Shown here: piece after piece, positions 19,363 through 29,467 of the stretch | Layout: every line of letters starts with the position of its first letter | How positions within the stretch are numbered: position 1 is the stretch's first letter | Assembly (NCBI GenBank): GCA_039918315.1 | Contig: JBDSHT010000010.1 | Location: forward strand, 8,355 to 72,354 | From: Ginsengibacter sp. | GTDB lineage: Bacteria; Bacteroidota; Bacteroidia; Chitinophagales; Chitinophagaceae | Length of the DNA: 64,000 nt | Direction: 5' to 3' | The notes under the pieces: model-generated | The model's database searches: none | What the model saw: the letters and a program-made list of their open reading frames with translations, nothing else | Told to the model about the DNA's origin: nothing | Position numbers and translations under genes: made by a program

Positions 19363-20613
19363 CTATTCAGAAGTTGAATTTATTCTTGGTTTTACCAATG
19401 ATAATAAAACTAGACCTACTACCATTATCAAAGAGGCAAACTGATATATGGTACCGAGGGGTATTTTCAAGTCCCGTAATACTCCTCCGGCATATAAGCT
19501 GGCACCTCCAATAATACAAGCTACAAAATTTAGCACGCCGTATGCCGTTGCCCGATAAAGAGGATCTACAACTAGACAAAGTGCGGGCATCATATTCGTG
19601 TCAATAAAAGATTTGAATAGGGCATACATCATGAACAATACAACAGCTAATGAAAGAATATTAGTTTGACTTGCGAAAAAGATACTTGGGGCAGCTATGG
19701 AAATGCCAATAACCTGAACAAGAATACGAGCTCTTGGATTTGTACGACTCCAGCGGTCGGCTAAATAGCCGCCTAAAAGTAATCCGACAAGTGCTGCTGG
19801 ATAGAAATAACCAGTAGCATACAAGCCCGATATTCCTTCTGAAAGTTTAAATTTTTCTAAAAAATAAGTAGGTAGCCAGCCAACAACAAGCCAGGCAACA
19901 ATTCCAAGTAGTCCCCAGGCAATAAATATCAGGATAAATGATCGTAATTTAAATAAAGATTTGATTGCTAAAAAGAAATCAAATTTTTCTTTAGGTTCAT
20001 TCAAATCTGCTTTTGATAGTCTTTCTCGCACATCCCGAAGTGTAAAGGCAAGAATGATTGAAAAGATAATTCCTAATACTCCAAGAAGGATAAATATTGT
20101 ACTCCAATGATGATTTTCCGCAACCCAGCCACCTACAAAGCCTAAACCTGATCCCAGCATAATACCTACCATTAGTATTCCTGTGGCCCTGGACCGGGTG
20201 GAACCTTGATGATAATCCATAATAAGAGCAAGGGCTGCCGGAATAAAGGCAGCCTCACTTAATCCCATCAATATCCGGGTAGCCAATAATTCTCCGAAAG
20301 TTGTTGAGTAAGCAGTCATCCAAGTAACAGCAGACCATAGAAATACGCTTCCTATAATTATTTTGCTTCGGTTAAATTTGTCTGCTAAGAAACCTGCGAA
20401 AGGACTGAGAATTCCATAAACCCACAAAAAAACCGAAGTCAAAAGCCCAAACTGGGCTTCACTCATAGGGATTTCATGCATAATTGATAGCCTCATGGTG
20501 GTAATCATAATTCGATCCAAATAATTTAAGGCCCCTCCCAACGATAGGAGTAGTACGACTGTCCAGGCTCCAGAGGGTAGCATTTTTTTTAGTGGTATCG
20601 AATTTATTTTCAT
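19363..20613 (-). CDS. MFS transporter (anion/sugar-acid symporter-like)
   Basis: LNYLDR, GFLADKFNRS, GYLADRW, about 12 hydrophobic segments. Confidence 0.9.
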   Translation of the reverse strand: MKINSIPLKKMLPSGAWTVVLLLSLGGALNYLDRIMITTMRLSIMHEIPMSEAQFGLLTSVFLWVYGILSPFAGFLADKFNRSKIIIGSVFLWSAVTWMTAYSTTFGELLATRILMGLSEAAFIPAALALIMDYHQGSTRSRATGILMVGIMLGSGLGFVGGWVAENHHWSTIFILLGVLGIIFSIILAFTLRDVRERLSKADLNEPKEKFDFFLAIKSLFKLRSFILIFIAWGLLGIVAWLVVGWLPTYFLEKFKLSEGISGLYATGYFYPAALVGLLLGGYLADRWSRTNPRARILVQVIGISIAAPSIFFASQTNILSLAVVLFMMYALFKSFIDTNMMPALCLVVDPLYRATAYGVLNFVACIIGGASLYAGGVLRDLKIPLGTIYQFASLIMVVGLVLLSLVKPRINSTSE

Positions 20614-20646
20614 TATAAATTTTGATTTTAAATTTTAAATGTTCAT

Positions 20647-21435
20647 TTACCAATTTGTCCATCCACCATCCACCATAAGATTATGCCCTGTAATATAAGA
20701 GGATGCGTCAGATGCTAAAAAAATCACAGGTCCTATCATATCAGCATCTTCTGCAAATCTGCCCAAAGGAGTTAAGCGTTTATAATTTTCAACGAATTCT
20801 TCTTTACCTGCTGCATGTTCTATAGCCGGGCCATAACCACCTGGGCTAATACAATTCACCCGGATGTTGTATTTTCCATAATAATTAGCCATCCATTTAG
20901 TAAAGCCAACCATGCCCCATTTATCATAGGTATAATTTACAGAACTCGACATTCCTGTTTTACCATACACCGGAAAATTTGGCCCTACGACTCCCTGAAT
21001 AGAGCTAACATTAATAATATTGCCAGATTCTTGTTTACGCATTATCTTAATAACAGATTTTGTGATTAACATAAGTCCTGTAATATTAATAATCTGCGCA
21101 CTCTCTATGTCCGTTTTATTCAATAGCTCTAAATCATTCATACCTTCTCTTGAGACAGCATTATTTACCAAAATATCAATTGAACCATATTTTTTGTAAA
21201 CATTCTTTACAAATCTCTCTATTGATTTTTCATTAGAAAGATCGAGTGACATTCCTTCAGCTTTTAATCCATTTTCCACTAAAGTCTCAGCATAGGCTTC
21301 ACATTTTTTTTTATCTCTTGAAGCAATTATCACTATGGCACCTGCCTCTGCAAGAGCTTTGGAAATTGGTTTCCCAAAATAACCGGCTCCTCCTGTTACA
21401 ATTGCTATTTTATTATCTATTCTAAATATATTCAT
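20647..21435 (-). CDS. SDR oxidoreductase
   Basis: TGGAGYFG, NNAV, YTYDK, VNCISPGG, DGG. Confidence 0.9.
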   Translation of the reverse strand: MNIFRIDNKIAIVTGGAGYFGKPISKALAEAGAIVIIASRDKKKCEAYAETLVENGLKAEGMSLDLSNEKSIERFVKNVYKKYGSIDILVNNAVSREGMNDLELLNKTDIESAQIINITGLMLITKSVIKIMRKQESGNIINVSSIQGVVGPNFPVYGKTGMSSSVNYTYDKWGMVGFTKWMANYYGKYNIRVNCISPGGYGPAIEHAAGKEEFVENYKRLTPLGRFAEDADMIGPVIFLASDASSYITGHNLMVDGGWTNW

Positions 21436-21481
21436 TTAATATTTTTTTTATATTAATTCTAACACTTTGCAGATTGCCTGT

Positions 21482-22390
21482 CTAATTTTTAATCCTAGAT
21501 CTGATAATTGATTCAATATTTTCTATTATTTCTAAAACTTCTTTATCCTGCCATTCCTTTTGAGTATTTCCCAAAGGGCCTATTGTAGAGCCAATTTCTA
21601 TATTGTATTTCAATAACATTGCTTTTCTAAAAAATGTCCAGGCATTAGGCAAAACTAATTGAACCATTTTTTGAAATGAAAGCATAAACTCTTTACCTAG
21701 TGAATAATTTCCTTTCACAAATTCTGTCATTACTGTTCTACATTCAACTCCCCAAATATTATAAAATGTACCTATAGCGCCAACAGTACCACAAAGCGTA
21801 GCATGACAAAATAATTCATCAGAGCCACTAAACAATTTTAGTTGGTCACCAGCATAATTGTGAATACTGGTAATATTCAACAAATGGTTCGTGGTCAATT
21901 TCATTCCGGTTATATTCGGAATCGTCAGCAATTTATCAATGAAAGAATGCATGTCGCCCGGTATTGAATTATCTCCTAACTGGTAGGGAAAAAAAGGCAA
22001 ACTGGTAGAGCCCGCAATATTTTTATAATGTTCTAAAGCATTGTCTGCATTTCCTGTAAAATAAATGGGTGGCACAGAAGAAATCCCATCTACGCCACAT
22101 TTTTCTGCATGTTGTGCTAACCGGATAGATTCTTTTGTAGTAAGAGATCCTACATGAACAACGACAGGAATTCTTCCTGCTGATGTTTTACTTACTACTT
22201 CAGTTACCTTTTTCCTTTGATCTTCTGTAAAGAGTATTCCCTGACCTGTAGATCCCAGAATATACAAACCATCCATTTGCTGGGATATAAATAATTCAAC
22301 TAATTTTTCAATTTCGTTATAAGCGGGTTCATCATTAGCAGCAACAGGCGTAAACATTGCCGGCCAAAGACCTTCAAATTTTTCCTTCAT
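21482..22390 (-). CDS. N-acetylneuraminate lyase-like class I aldolase (NanA/DapA family)
   Basis: GSTGQG, PPIYF, FPYQ, GMKLTT, SGSDE, GTFYN. Confidence 0.82.
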   Translation of the reverse strand: MKEKFEGLWPAMFTPVAANDEPAYNEIEKLVELFISQQMDGLYILGSTGQGILFTEDQRKKVTEVVSKTSAGRIPVVVHVGSLTTKESIRLAQHAEKCGVDGISSVPPIYFTGNADNALEHYKNIAGSTSLPFFPYQLGDNSIPGDMHSFIDKLLTIPNITGMKLTTNHLLNITSIHNYAGDQLKLFSGSDELFCHATLCGTVGAIGTFYNIWGVECRTVMTEFVKGNYSLGKEFMLSFQKMVQLVLPNAWTFFRKAMLLKYNIEIGSTIGPLGNTQKEWQDKEVLEIIENIESIIRSRIKN

Positions 22391-22394
22391 TGTT

Positions 22395-23504
22395 TTATTT
22401 ATTTTTTATTTGAGATTTAATATATTGAAAGGTTTCATTTGCGCTATTAAAATACCTGTCATCTGATTTTTTGGTAATTCTTGTTGCTGACATTGGATCT
22501 TTGAACCCATGACCGGTGACCAAACAGACCACGTCGTCTTTTTTATTGATTTCACCATTTCTTAATGCCTTCAAAACACCGGCAAGCGCAACTGCCCCTG
22601 CGGGTTCACAATAAATCCCTTCTTTTTTTGCTAAATTTTCCTGACATTCATAAACAACCTCATCGGTTACTGTATAGCCAGTTCCGCCAGTGTGTCTGCA
22701 TGCCTCTAACGCCTCATTAGCATCAATTAAATTTGGAATCTGTAACCCACTTATTTGAGTAAGACTTTTAACAATTGCCTCTGCATTAACTAACCCGTTT
22801 CTTAGCGGTCCCGAGATGGTATCGTTGCCTTCGGGTTGTACACAATGCACTTTTGGTATTTTAAAATGGGGATTAACTTCTTTCCATTTATGGAAACCTT
22901 TTGTCATTGCTAAAGTTAATCCGCCGCCTCCTGCAGGTGAAAACACATGTCCACTGAATGATGGAATTTCCTCAGCGATCTCATAAGCAATAGTCTGAAC
23001 ACCAGCCATTGCTAACGGGCAAAATTTATAAGCACTTATTTGAACAGGACTGCCAAACTCTTGAGCAAATACTTCCAACCCATTAATTATTTCAATAGAG
23101 ACATTAGGGTCTATACCAAAATCTTTTATCATTAAAGTTTCGGCACCATACACCTGCATCTGTTGCACTTTTCCTATGGGAGCTCCATCTACAACACATA
23201 TGTAACATTTTATTCCTACCGCTGCACAATATGCAGATAAGGCTGCACCAGTATTACCGCTGGAGGTGGCGATACAAAAATTAATATTTCTTTGCGCAAG
23301 ATCAGAAATAGCAAACACTGCAAATCTATCCTTATAGGAACCGGATGGATTTACTATCTCAAGTTTGAAATATAAATTTTCCAGCCCCAGTAGTGCTCCC
23401 AATTGTCTGGATTTTACCAAAGGTGTGTTTCCTTCACCTAAAGTTAATTTAGAACCCTCATCAATCTGAGGTAATAGGTCACTATATTTCCATATTCCTT
23501 TCAT
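22395..23504 (-). CDS. Threonine synthase-like fold-type II PLP enzyme
   Basis: TLGEGNTPL, NPSGSYKDR, SSGNTG, PAGGGG, TGHGFKD. Confidence 0.85.
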   Translation of the reverse strand: MKGIWKYSDLLPQIDEGSKLTLGEGNTPLVKSRQLGALLGLENLYFKLEIVNPSGSYKDRFAVFAISDLAQRNINFCIATSSGNTGAALSAYCAAVGIKCYICVVDGAPIGKVQQMQVYGAETLMIKDFGIDPNVSIEIINGLEVFAQEFGSPVQISAYKFCPLAMAGVQTIAYEIAEEIPSFSGHVFSPAGGGGLTLAMTKGFHKWKEVNPHFKIPKVHCVQPEGNDTISGPLRNGLVNAEAIVKSLTQISGLQIPNLIDANEALEACRHTGGTGYTVTDEVVYECQENLAKKEGIYCEPAGAVALAGVLKALRNGEINKKDDVVCLVTGHGFKDPMSATRITKKSDDRYFNSANETFQYIKSQIKNK

Positions 23505-23505
23505 T

Positions 23506-24321
23506 TTAAAATTCTTTTGGGAATTGAAGATTTTTTAATTTATAATCATTAAAGTTGTGAAAAAAGCCACCATCCACAAGTATTGAAGTACCCGTAATAA
23601 AAGAAGCATCATCAGAGGAAAGCCAATAACATACATTAGCTATTTCGCTTGGATTGCCAGATCTCTGAAGCGGTGTATTATCGTTCATGAGATTCCCTAG
23701 CTTTTCACTTATATTATTCCCTGCTTCGTCTTTATAATCGGAACTCAGATTTGTTTCAATATTACCAGGCTTAACCGCTATGACCCTTATGCGTTTTGGT
23801 CCATAAGTAACAGCTAATTCGTAAGTGAGGCTTTCGATCCCTCCTTTACAAGTAGTGTAAGCAGGCCCATAGCCACTGGCACTTTGCGACATTACACTGG
23901 AAATATTAATGATCACTCCTGCTATTCTATTCTCTTCCATAGATGAAGCAACATACTTTGCTAAAAATGCCGGTGCAGTTAAATTGATACGAAGCGCTTT
24001 TTCCCAATTCTCTAAAGAAATAGTACGCATTGTTTCTATGGTACGCCAAACTGCATTATTAACTAATACATCTACCCTGCCCCACTTTTGAATGGTTTGA
24101 TCAACAATATCTTTTACATAATTAATGTCTTCTAAATCTCCATGACAGGCCAGACAATCGGCCTGGAATTCATTTTTTAAAATAGCAACCGATTTATTTA
24201 ATCCATCGTAGTTGATATCTGCCAACGCAATACAAAAATTATTTTCTGCAAATTTTTTTGCAATAGAAAATCCAATTCCTCCTGCTGCTCCAGTGATGAC
24301 GACTACTTTTTTATTTTTCAT
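23506..24321 (-). CDS. SDR oxidoreductase
   Basis: TGAAGGIG, NNAV, YTTCK, PG, DGG. Confidence 0.9.
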   Translation of the reverse strand: MKNKKVVVITGAAGGIGFSIAKKFAENNFCIALADINYDGLNKSVAILKNEFQADCLACHGDLEDINYVKDIVDQTIQKWGRVDVLVNNAVWRTIETMRTISLENWEKALRINLTAPAFLAKYVASSMEENRIAGVIINISSVMSQSASGYGPAYTTCKGGIESLTYELAVTYGPKRIRVIAVKPGNIETNLSSDYKDEAGNNISEKLGNLMNDNTPLQRSGNPSEIANVCYWLSSDDASFITGTSILVDGGFFHNFNDYKLKNLQFPKEF

Positions 24322-24366
24322 TAGCTCAATATTTATTTCAACAAAAGAATTTCATCATTTTTTTTA

Positions 24367-25359
24367 TTAAATAATTACTTTTCCTGGTTTAACAATTGGT
24401 AATATGGACCCTAAAGCATCTCCCGTTTTTACATGAACAGCAACCCTAATTGATAGGACCATGCCATCCAGTTCTGCAAGAATGGGTGTAGAATTACCCG
24501 TAAAAGAATCCACAATTTTCCCAAATAGTTCTCCCTTTTTAACCTGTTCTCCAGGCATTTTCTCACATACGTATATCCCATCTGAAGGAGCAGGCATTTT
24601 GGCCTGAAAATAACCGCTTTCAGGTCTTGAATCCTCTACCCAAAATCGCTTTTCAGGAGCAAGTATTTCCGCCTCACCTTCAGCCATATTTAAGTATTTC
24701 AATACATTGATAAAACCCTCTTTATAGGTTTTTACTACCTCCTTTCTAATTCCTGAACCCCCTCCATATTCCAGATAGATAGCTGGTATGTTAGCATCAC
24801 GGGCTACGGAAAGAGTTCTCCCGTTGGGCTGATGATCGGTTCCCCAAATTACAGGGGTGTTATAGGCTAAAGCCAATTCCCTTTGTTTTTGAAGTATCCC
24901 AGAAGAAGGATGTAACATAAATCCAGCCATAGGATAAATACTGTGACCAAGGCCTCCCGTATGCATATCTATCAAATAATCCGCCTCCCTGATGAGTTGA
25001 CTTATTTCAAAGGCATTTATTTCGGAAGCAGATCCGTCAGGTCTTCCCGGGCATATACGCGCCAGATCCAAATTGTCTTCTCCATAGCGGCTACACCCGC
25101 GGTAAGCCGTCACGTTTACTATTGGAACAATAGTTACACTCCCGGATATTAATAGTTGAGGTAATTCATTTACCAATTCCAGAACCGTTAACATGGGTTC
25201 ATATTCATCACCATGCACCCCCGCAATAAGTAATATATTTAACCCAGGGCTCGTCCCTTCAATGCGAAATCTTTTAATAGTATCAGTGTCTTCCTTCATA
25301 AGATTTACATTTTTTAGATGTCCCTTTTCTGGTCTTATTCGATCTATGTGGCATTCCAT
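24367..25359 (-). CDS. Succinylglutamate desuccinylase/aspartoacylase family (M14-like) deacylase
   Basis: AGVHGDEYE, DLAR..PG, IDMHTGG, LEYGGG, C-terminal hybrid-barrel segment. Confidence 0.88.
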   Translation of the reverse strand: MECHIDRIRPEKGHLKNVNLMKEDTDTIKRFRIEGTSPGLNILLIAGVHGDEYEPMLTVLELVNELPQLLISGSVTIVPIVNVTAYRGCSRYGEDNLDLARICPGRPDGSASEINAFEISQLIREADYLIDMHTGGLGHSIYPMAGFMLHPSSGILQKQRELALAYNTPVIWGTDHQPNGRTLSVARDANIPAIYLEYGGGSGIRKEVVKTYKEGFINVLKYLNMAEGEAEILAPEKRFWVEDSRPESGYFQAKMPAPSDGIYVCEKMPGEQVKKGELFGKIVDSFTGNSTPILAELDGMVLSIRVAVHVKTGDALGSILPIVKPGKVII

Positions 25360-25452
25360 TCCATAAAATTCACTTCCTTGTTAAGCCCATTTTATTCATG
25401 GCTAATTGATTGAATAATATTAAAACAAATATTATTCAAAAAAATAACTTAA

Positions 25453-25477
25453 TATGTAGTACATGTGTACAAAAGTA
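25453..25477 (-). promoter_or_regulatory. Operator (ATGTAnTACAT) plus Bacteroidota -7 box
   Basis: TATGTAGTACATGT at 25453-25466; minus-strand TACTTTTG at 25470-25477. Confidence 0.7.
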
Positions 25478-25690
25478 TAATATTTTTCAGACTTCCAAAC
25501 AATATAAAAAAGCTTAAATAAAAACCTAATTTCGACTAGTACGTGCAAAAATTTTTAAGTTATAAAAACAATCCCAACAGGTCATTCAAAGTGTTTCATT
25601 CCAGGCCTCTTCAGGCACTGATGTGTAAAAACTTAAGCTTTTGCTCCGGGATGTATAGTGGGATCATATTTCTCGGGAGTAAATAAGACC

Positions 25691-26785
25691 TTAACCCCAC
25701 GCCTTTCTTAGGAACCGAAGCCAATTATTAAATAAAATATTATCAATATCAACTGTTGAATAACCTCGTGCAGCTAATAAGTTTTGTAATTCTTGTATGT
25801 CAGAAATTGTTTCCAAATCACAGGGAGATTCCTCTTTCCCAAAACCTCCATCAAGGTCAGTCCCTATGGCGATATGCAGACTATCACCTGCAAGTTGACA
25901 TATATGATCATAATGGTCAATAATCTTCTCCATGTTTATCCCTTTCTTTTTTGGATCATCTACACCCCTGACAAAATTTTGGTCAAGCATCCAACTTACC
26001 AAAACACCACCTATTACAGAGTCCCGTTCCAATAGAATTTTTATATTTTCATCACTCAATTGCCGTTGATGATTAACCAATGATCGACAGTTACTGTGGC
26101 TCGCCCAAATTGGTCCTTTAAATAGTCTAGTAGCTTCGAGAAAACCTTCATCGGTTAAATGGGTAACATCAAGTATCATGTCAAGGTTATCCATTTCCTG
26201 AAGCAGCTCACGCCCTAAATGTGTTAAACCTCCTGAGGAACTTGTACCGGATGCATATACACCAGGTCCATAATGAGCTGGTCCGCACGCGCGAAGCCCA
26301 TTTTTATAAGCTCTTTCCAAATATGAAATATTGATTAGCGAATCGGCACCTTCGAGGCTTAATATATAACCCACAGGCTTTTTATTATTCGCAATATCAT
26401 TATCAAACCATAAACCAAGATGATTTTCAAGCTGTTCAAGATTGCATATCTGAGTCATTTCACCATATTCTTCCATCGTACGATACCATGCTAATTGAGC
26501 CTGGGTAATGCTCCATGCAATCTCCGGCGAACTCCAGTTGGAACCAAGCGAACCTTTAAATTCTTTACTAAAACGGGCAATTTGTGTAGCAACTACAAGT
26601 CCAATATTTCCATTCCTAAGTTCCGGTAGGGACACTGTACCTTTCCCACGGTCTGGTTTGTCAGTCATACCATTTTCTCTTTCCCGAATCTCACAAACAG
26701 GTCTCATTAGGTCACGATTCCATTCAATAGCATTCATGGCCAGATCAAGATGCCCGTCAAAAATAAAAGCAGGTTTTTTTTTCAT
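25691..26785 (-). CDS. M19 membrane-dipeptidase-family amidohydrolase
   Basis: DGHLDL, SLEGAD, DVTHL, ASHSN, IGTDLDG. Confidence 0.88.
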   Translation of the reverse strand: MKKKPAFIFDGHLDLAMNAIEWNRDLMRPVCEIRERENGMTDKPDRGKGTVSLPELRNGNIGLVVATQIARFSKEFKGSLGSNWSSPEIAWSITQAQLAWYRTMEEYGEMTQICNLEQLENHLGLWFDNDIANNKKPVGYILSLEGADSLINISYLERAYKNGLRACGPAHYGPGVYASGTSSSGGLTHLGRELLQEMDNLDMILDVTHLTDEGFLEATRLFKGPIWASHSNCRSLVNHQRQLSDENIKILLERDSVIGGVLVSWMLDQNFVRGVDDPKKKGINMEKIIDHYDHICQLAGDSLHIAIGTDLDGGFGKEESPCDLETISDIQELQNLLAARGYSTVDIDNILFNNWLRFLRKAWG

Positions 26786-26919
26786 TATTAATTGTACAAC
26801 TATTTTTATATGATCGATTCCGATTTTTCATCGAGATAATATTTTTAAAAAAGTAACCAAGAAAGTCATAATAATAATGCACACAGAAATGAACGGCTAA
26901 AAAGCAAGTATTAAACTTG

Positions 26920-28548
26920 CTAAAAATAACCACACTGTTCCACGTTGCCATATTTTAAGGCCAGTTCAATTCGCTGCACGATTACTGCACTTGCTGCAGT
27001 TGAAAAGCTAAGATGGTTTTTACCTTGGGTTACATCATTTATTGGAACAATAAAAGCTGTGACTTTTTGAATATCCGTGATACCCCGCAGTTTATCGTAT
27101 CGTTTTGGATATTCTGCATTTGTTTGAAGTAAGGCGTGGCCGTTGATTGAAACAGAAAACGAATCTGCCGTATTCGTGCGTATAAATAAAATAACTTCTT
27201 CTGGTTTATCGGTAGCTACATCATCCCCTATAAAAATGTCAGCTTCATTATTCTTACGAATATCTAGTGGTAAAGGACTATTCGGTGTTAAGTTGTAATG
27301 CGTGGCACCATCAGATAGCGCATACACTTTGTTTCTCCTCCTAAGTGTTTCCAGAGATCCTAGTTCATTCAGCAATTCGGGTGCAATTGTACGACACACG
27401 ACAGTTCCTGCTTCAGGTATCAACTTCTGACCAGCCTCATTATAGGTTGTAAAAAAATAGTTGAATAAGTTTAAACCGGATGCTCCCTGCCGAAGTGCAT
27501 GTGAAGCCATTCCCCGGAACATACCATGAGAATAAACCTCCCGCGGCATATATCCACCATCATCCATGGTCGCATAAACCGGAATATCTGAATCCAGATC
27601 TTTTTTAAAATCGGCAACAGGCATTGCAGGTTCACCCAACCAATGAATACCCATGGTTAAAAAATCAACCAGCCCCTGTTTTACCCATTCTTTCACGTCC
27701 AGTCCCTTTTCCCTGCAATTTGTAAGTGTAGCGGGTACGCGGGCTGTAAGTAAAATCTTTTTGTTATAGACCTTACCGATAGAGTCTGTGATTTGCTTTA
27801 CAGATTGCATCAACTCTGTCATAAGATGAGCATTTCCTTGCGCCTCATTCTCTTTAAAGTACACTATAAAACGCATAAAGTCCAGCTCATAACCGTCTAT
27901 CAACGCTCCATACTTTCCAAGTTGCTCCCGGATGACGTTGAGCTTATGTTCCCTTACCTCTTTATGTGCAAAGTCCAAAGCCCGGGAGGCGTTCCAACCG
28001 TTTAATGTAGTATCGTTGGTCCAATATTCCGGATGGGCCATCCAAAAGACACTGTATTCTATGGGACATTTTGTAGCCGTATCTGAAAAGTGCAGATCAT
28101 TCATACGATAAGAAATAAAAGCTTCCAGTTTTTTTTCTTTTGCTCTTTTCAAGGTTGCTTCAATAATATCTGTACCAGACTCTTTCTCCAGCAACATTGC
28201 ATTCTGGTAAAAACGATTCAGTGATTGGTAACCTTCAATATTGCTACCACAGTTAAGTGCTCCATTCTTATCATCACCGATAATATTGCCGAATTTTGAG
28301 CGATAATAAAAAAAATCGCTACCGGAACAAATCATGAAAGTAGTAACCTGTGAGCCTGCAATCATATCTACGTATTGATTAACATCCGCCAGGGTAAGCG
28401 GCCGTTTCCCAAACCAGTTATTAGCTAAAATTTCAGTGCCGTCGTTATTATATATTAACCGATGTTGGGGTTGAACGACGTTGGTATTTGATTTACAAGC
28501 GGCCAGTAATACAACCAGACAACTAATTATTATTCGAGTCATGTGCAA
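26920..28548 (-). CDS. GH156-like (beta/alpha)8 sialidase, lipoprotein
   Basis: LAAC lipobox; YNND, VDMIAGSQV, ISYRMNDLH, LDFAHKEVREHKL, DGYELDFMRF, ARVP, LFNY match the EnvSia156 motif order as recalled. Confidence 0.7.
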   Translation of the reverse strand: MHMTRIIISCLVVLLAACKSNTNVVQPQHRLIYNNDGTEILANNWFGKRPLTLADVNQYVDMIAGSQVTTFMICSGSDFFYYRSKFGNIIGDDKNGALNCGSNIEGYQSLNRFYQNAMLLEKESGTDIIEATLKRAKEKKLEAFISYRMNDLHFSDTATKCPIEYSVFWMAHPEYWTNDTTLNGWNASRALDFAHKEVREHKLNVIREQLGKYGALIDGYELDFMRFIVYFKENEAQGNAHLMTELMQSVKQITDSIGKVYNKKILLTARVPATLTNCREKGLDVKEWVKQGLVDFLTMGIHWLGEPAMPVADFKKDLDSDIPVYATMDDGGYMPREVYSHGMFRGMASHALRQGASGLNLFNYFFTTYNEAGQKLIPEAGTVVCRTIAPELLNELGSLETLRRRNKVYALSDGATHYNLTPNSPLPLDIRKNNEADIFIGDDVATDKPEEVILFIRTNTADSFSVSINGHALLQTNAEYPKRYDKLRGITDIQKVTAFIVPINDVTQGKNHLSFSTAASAVIVQRIELALKYGNVEQCGYF

Positions 28549-28639
28549 ACACTTTTATAATGAATTAAAAAAATTATCCTGTTATTTCTAATAGCTTTTC
28601 TCTAATCATGGCTTCTCCTATTTTGATGTACATGTTTTG

Positions 28640-29467
28640 TTATTGAAAATTAAGTTCAATGATTTTTGCAAAACCGGGCCCTGGTTCATTACTGCCACCA
28701 GTCACAAATAATGTTTTTTCATTTAAAAAAATAACATTGCTGCTACAGCGCATTTCAATTTCTACACTACCAATCCATTTACCATTTGCAGCAAGCAATT
28801 GAACTACGCCCATTCCATAGTGAGCCACAGCCATTATACCATTTTTATGCAAAGCAATACCATCGGGTAGGTTATCGATTTCCTGGCCTGATGCATTATT
28901 AGGCAAATTGGCAAACACCGTGTGCCTAAGACCTTCCTGAACGTGAGATATATCAAATTGAATTATTCTATTCTGATAACTTTCTGCAACAAACAGTGTT
29001 TTTTCATCGTGGCTTAAAACAAGGCCGTTCGGATAATCAAGGTTTTCACTAAGCACAACTTCATTGCCAGCTTTTCCTTTATAACACAACATGCCAGTAT
29101 GCCTTACGGAATCTGTAAAAAAAATATTGCCTGCTTTATCTGCAATCAAATCGTTCAAGGCTGTTAATTTTTTCCCGGCGCAAGTATTTTCAATTTCATT
29201 TTGTATAAATGAACCCGCAGCGTCAAACCTTGCAATACATTTGCTTTTTGCTTCGCAAACGATGTGTTCATCATTTAAAAAAATAAATTGCCCATTCGGG
29301 CAGTCTGCCCGTGTCCATTCACTCACCGTTCCATCTTTTGAAATTTGAAGGATGCTGCCACCCAACAAAGTTGTACAGTACAACTTTCCTTCACTATCAA
29401 TAGCAGGACCTTCCATATAATAATTGCCGGAAGCAATAGTTGTAATATTTTCAGTTACTACTCTCAT
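28640..29467 (-). CDS. SMP-30/gluconolactonase family
   Basis: EGPA, NDL, YPNGL, PDGI. Confidence 0.88.
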   Translation of the reverse strand: MRVVTENITTIASGNYYMEGPAIDSEGKLYCTTLLGGSILQISKDGTVSEWTRADCPNGQFIFLNDEHIVCEAKSKCIARFDAAGSFIQNEIENTCAGKKLTALNDLIADKAGNIFFTDSVRHTGMLCYKGKAGNEVVLSENLDYPNGLVLSHDEKTLFVAESYQNRIIQFDISHVQEGLRHTVFANLPNNASGQEIDNLPDGIALHKNGIMAVAHYGMGVVQLLAANGKWIGSVEIEMRCSSNVIFLNEKTLFVTGGSNEPGPGFAKIIELNFQ

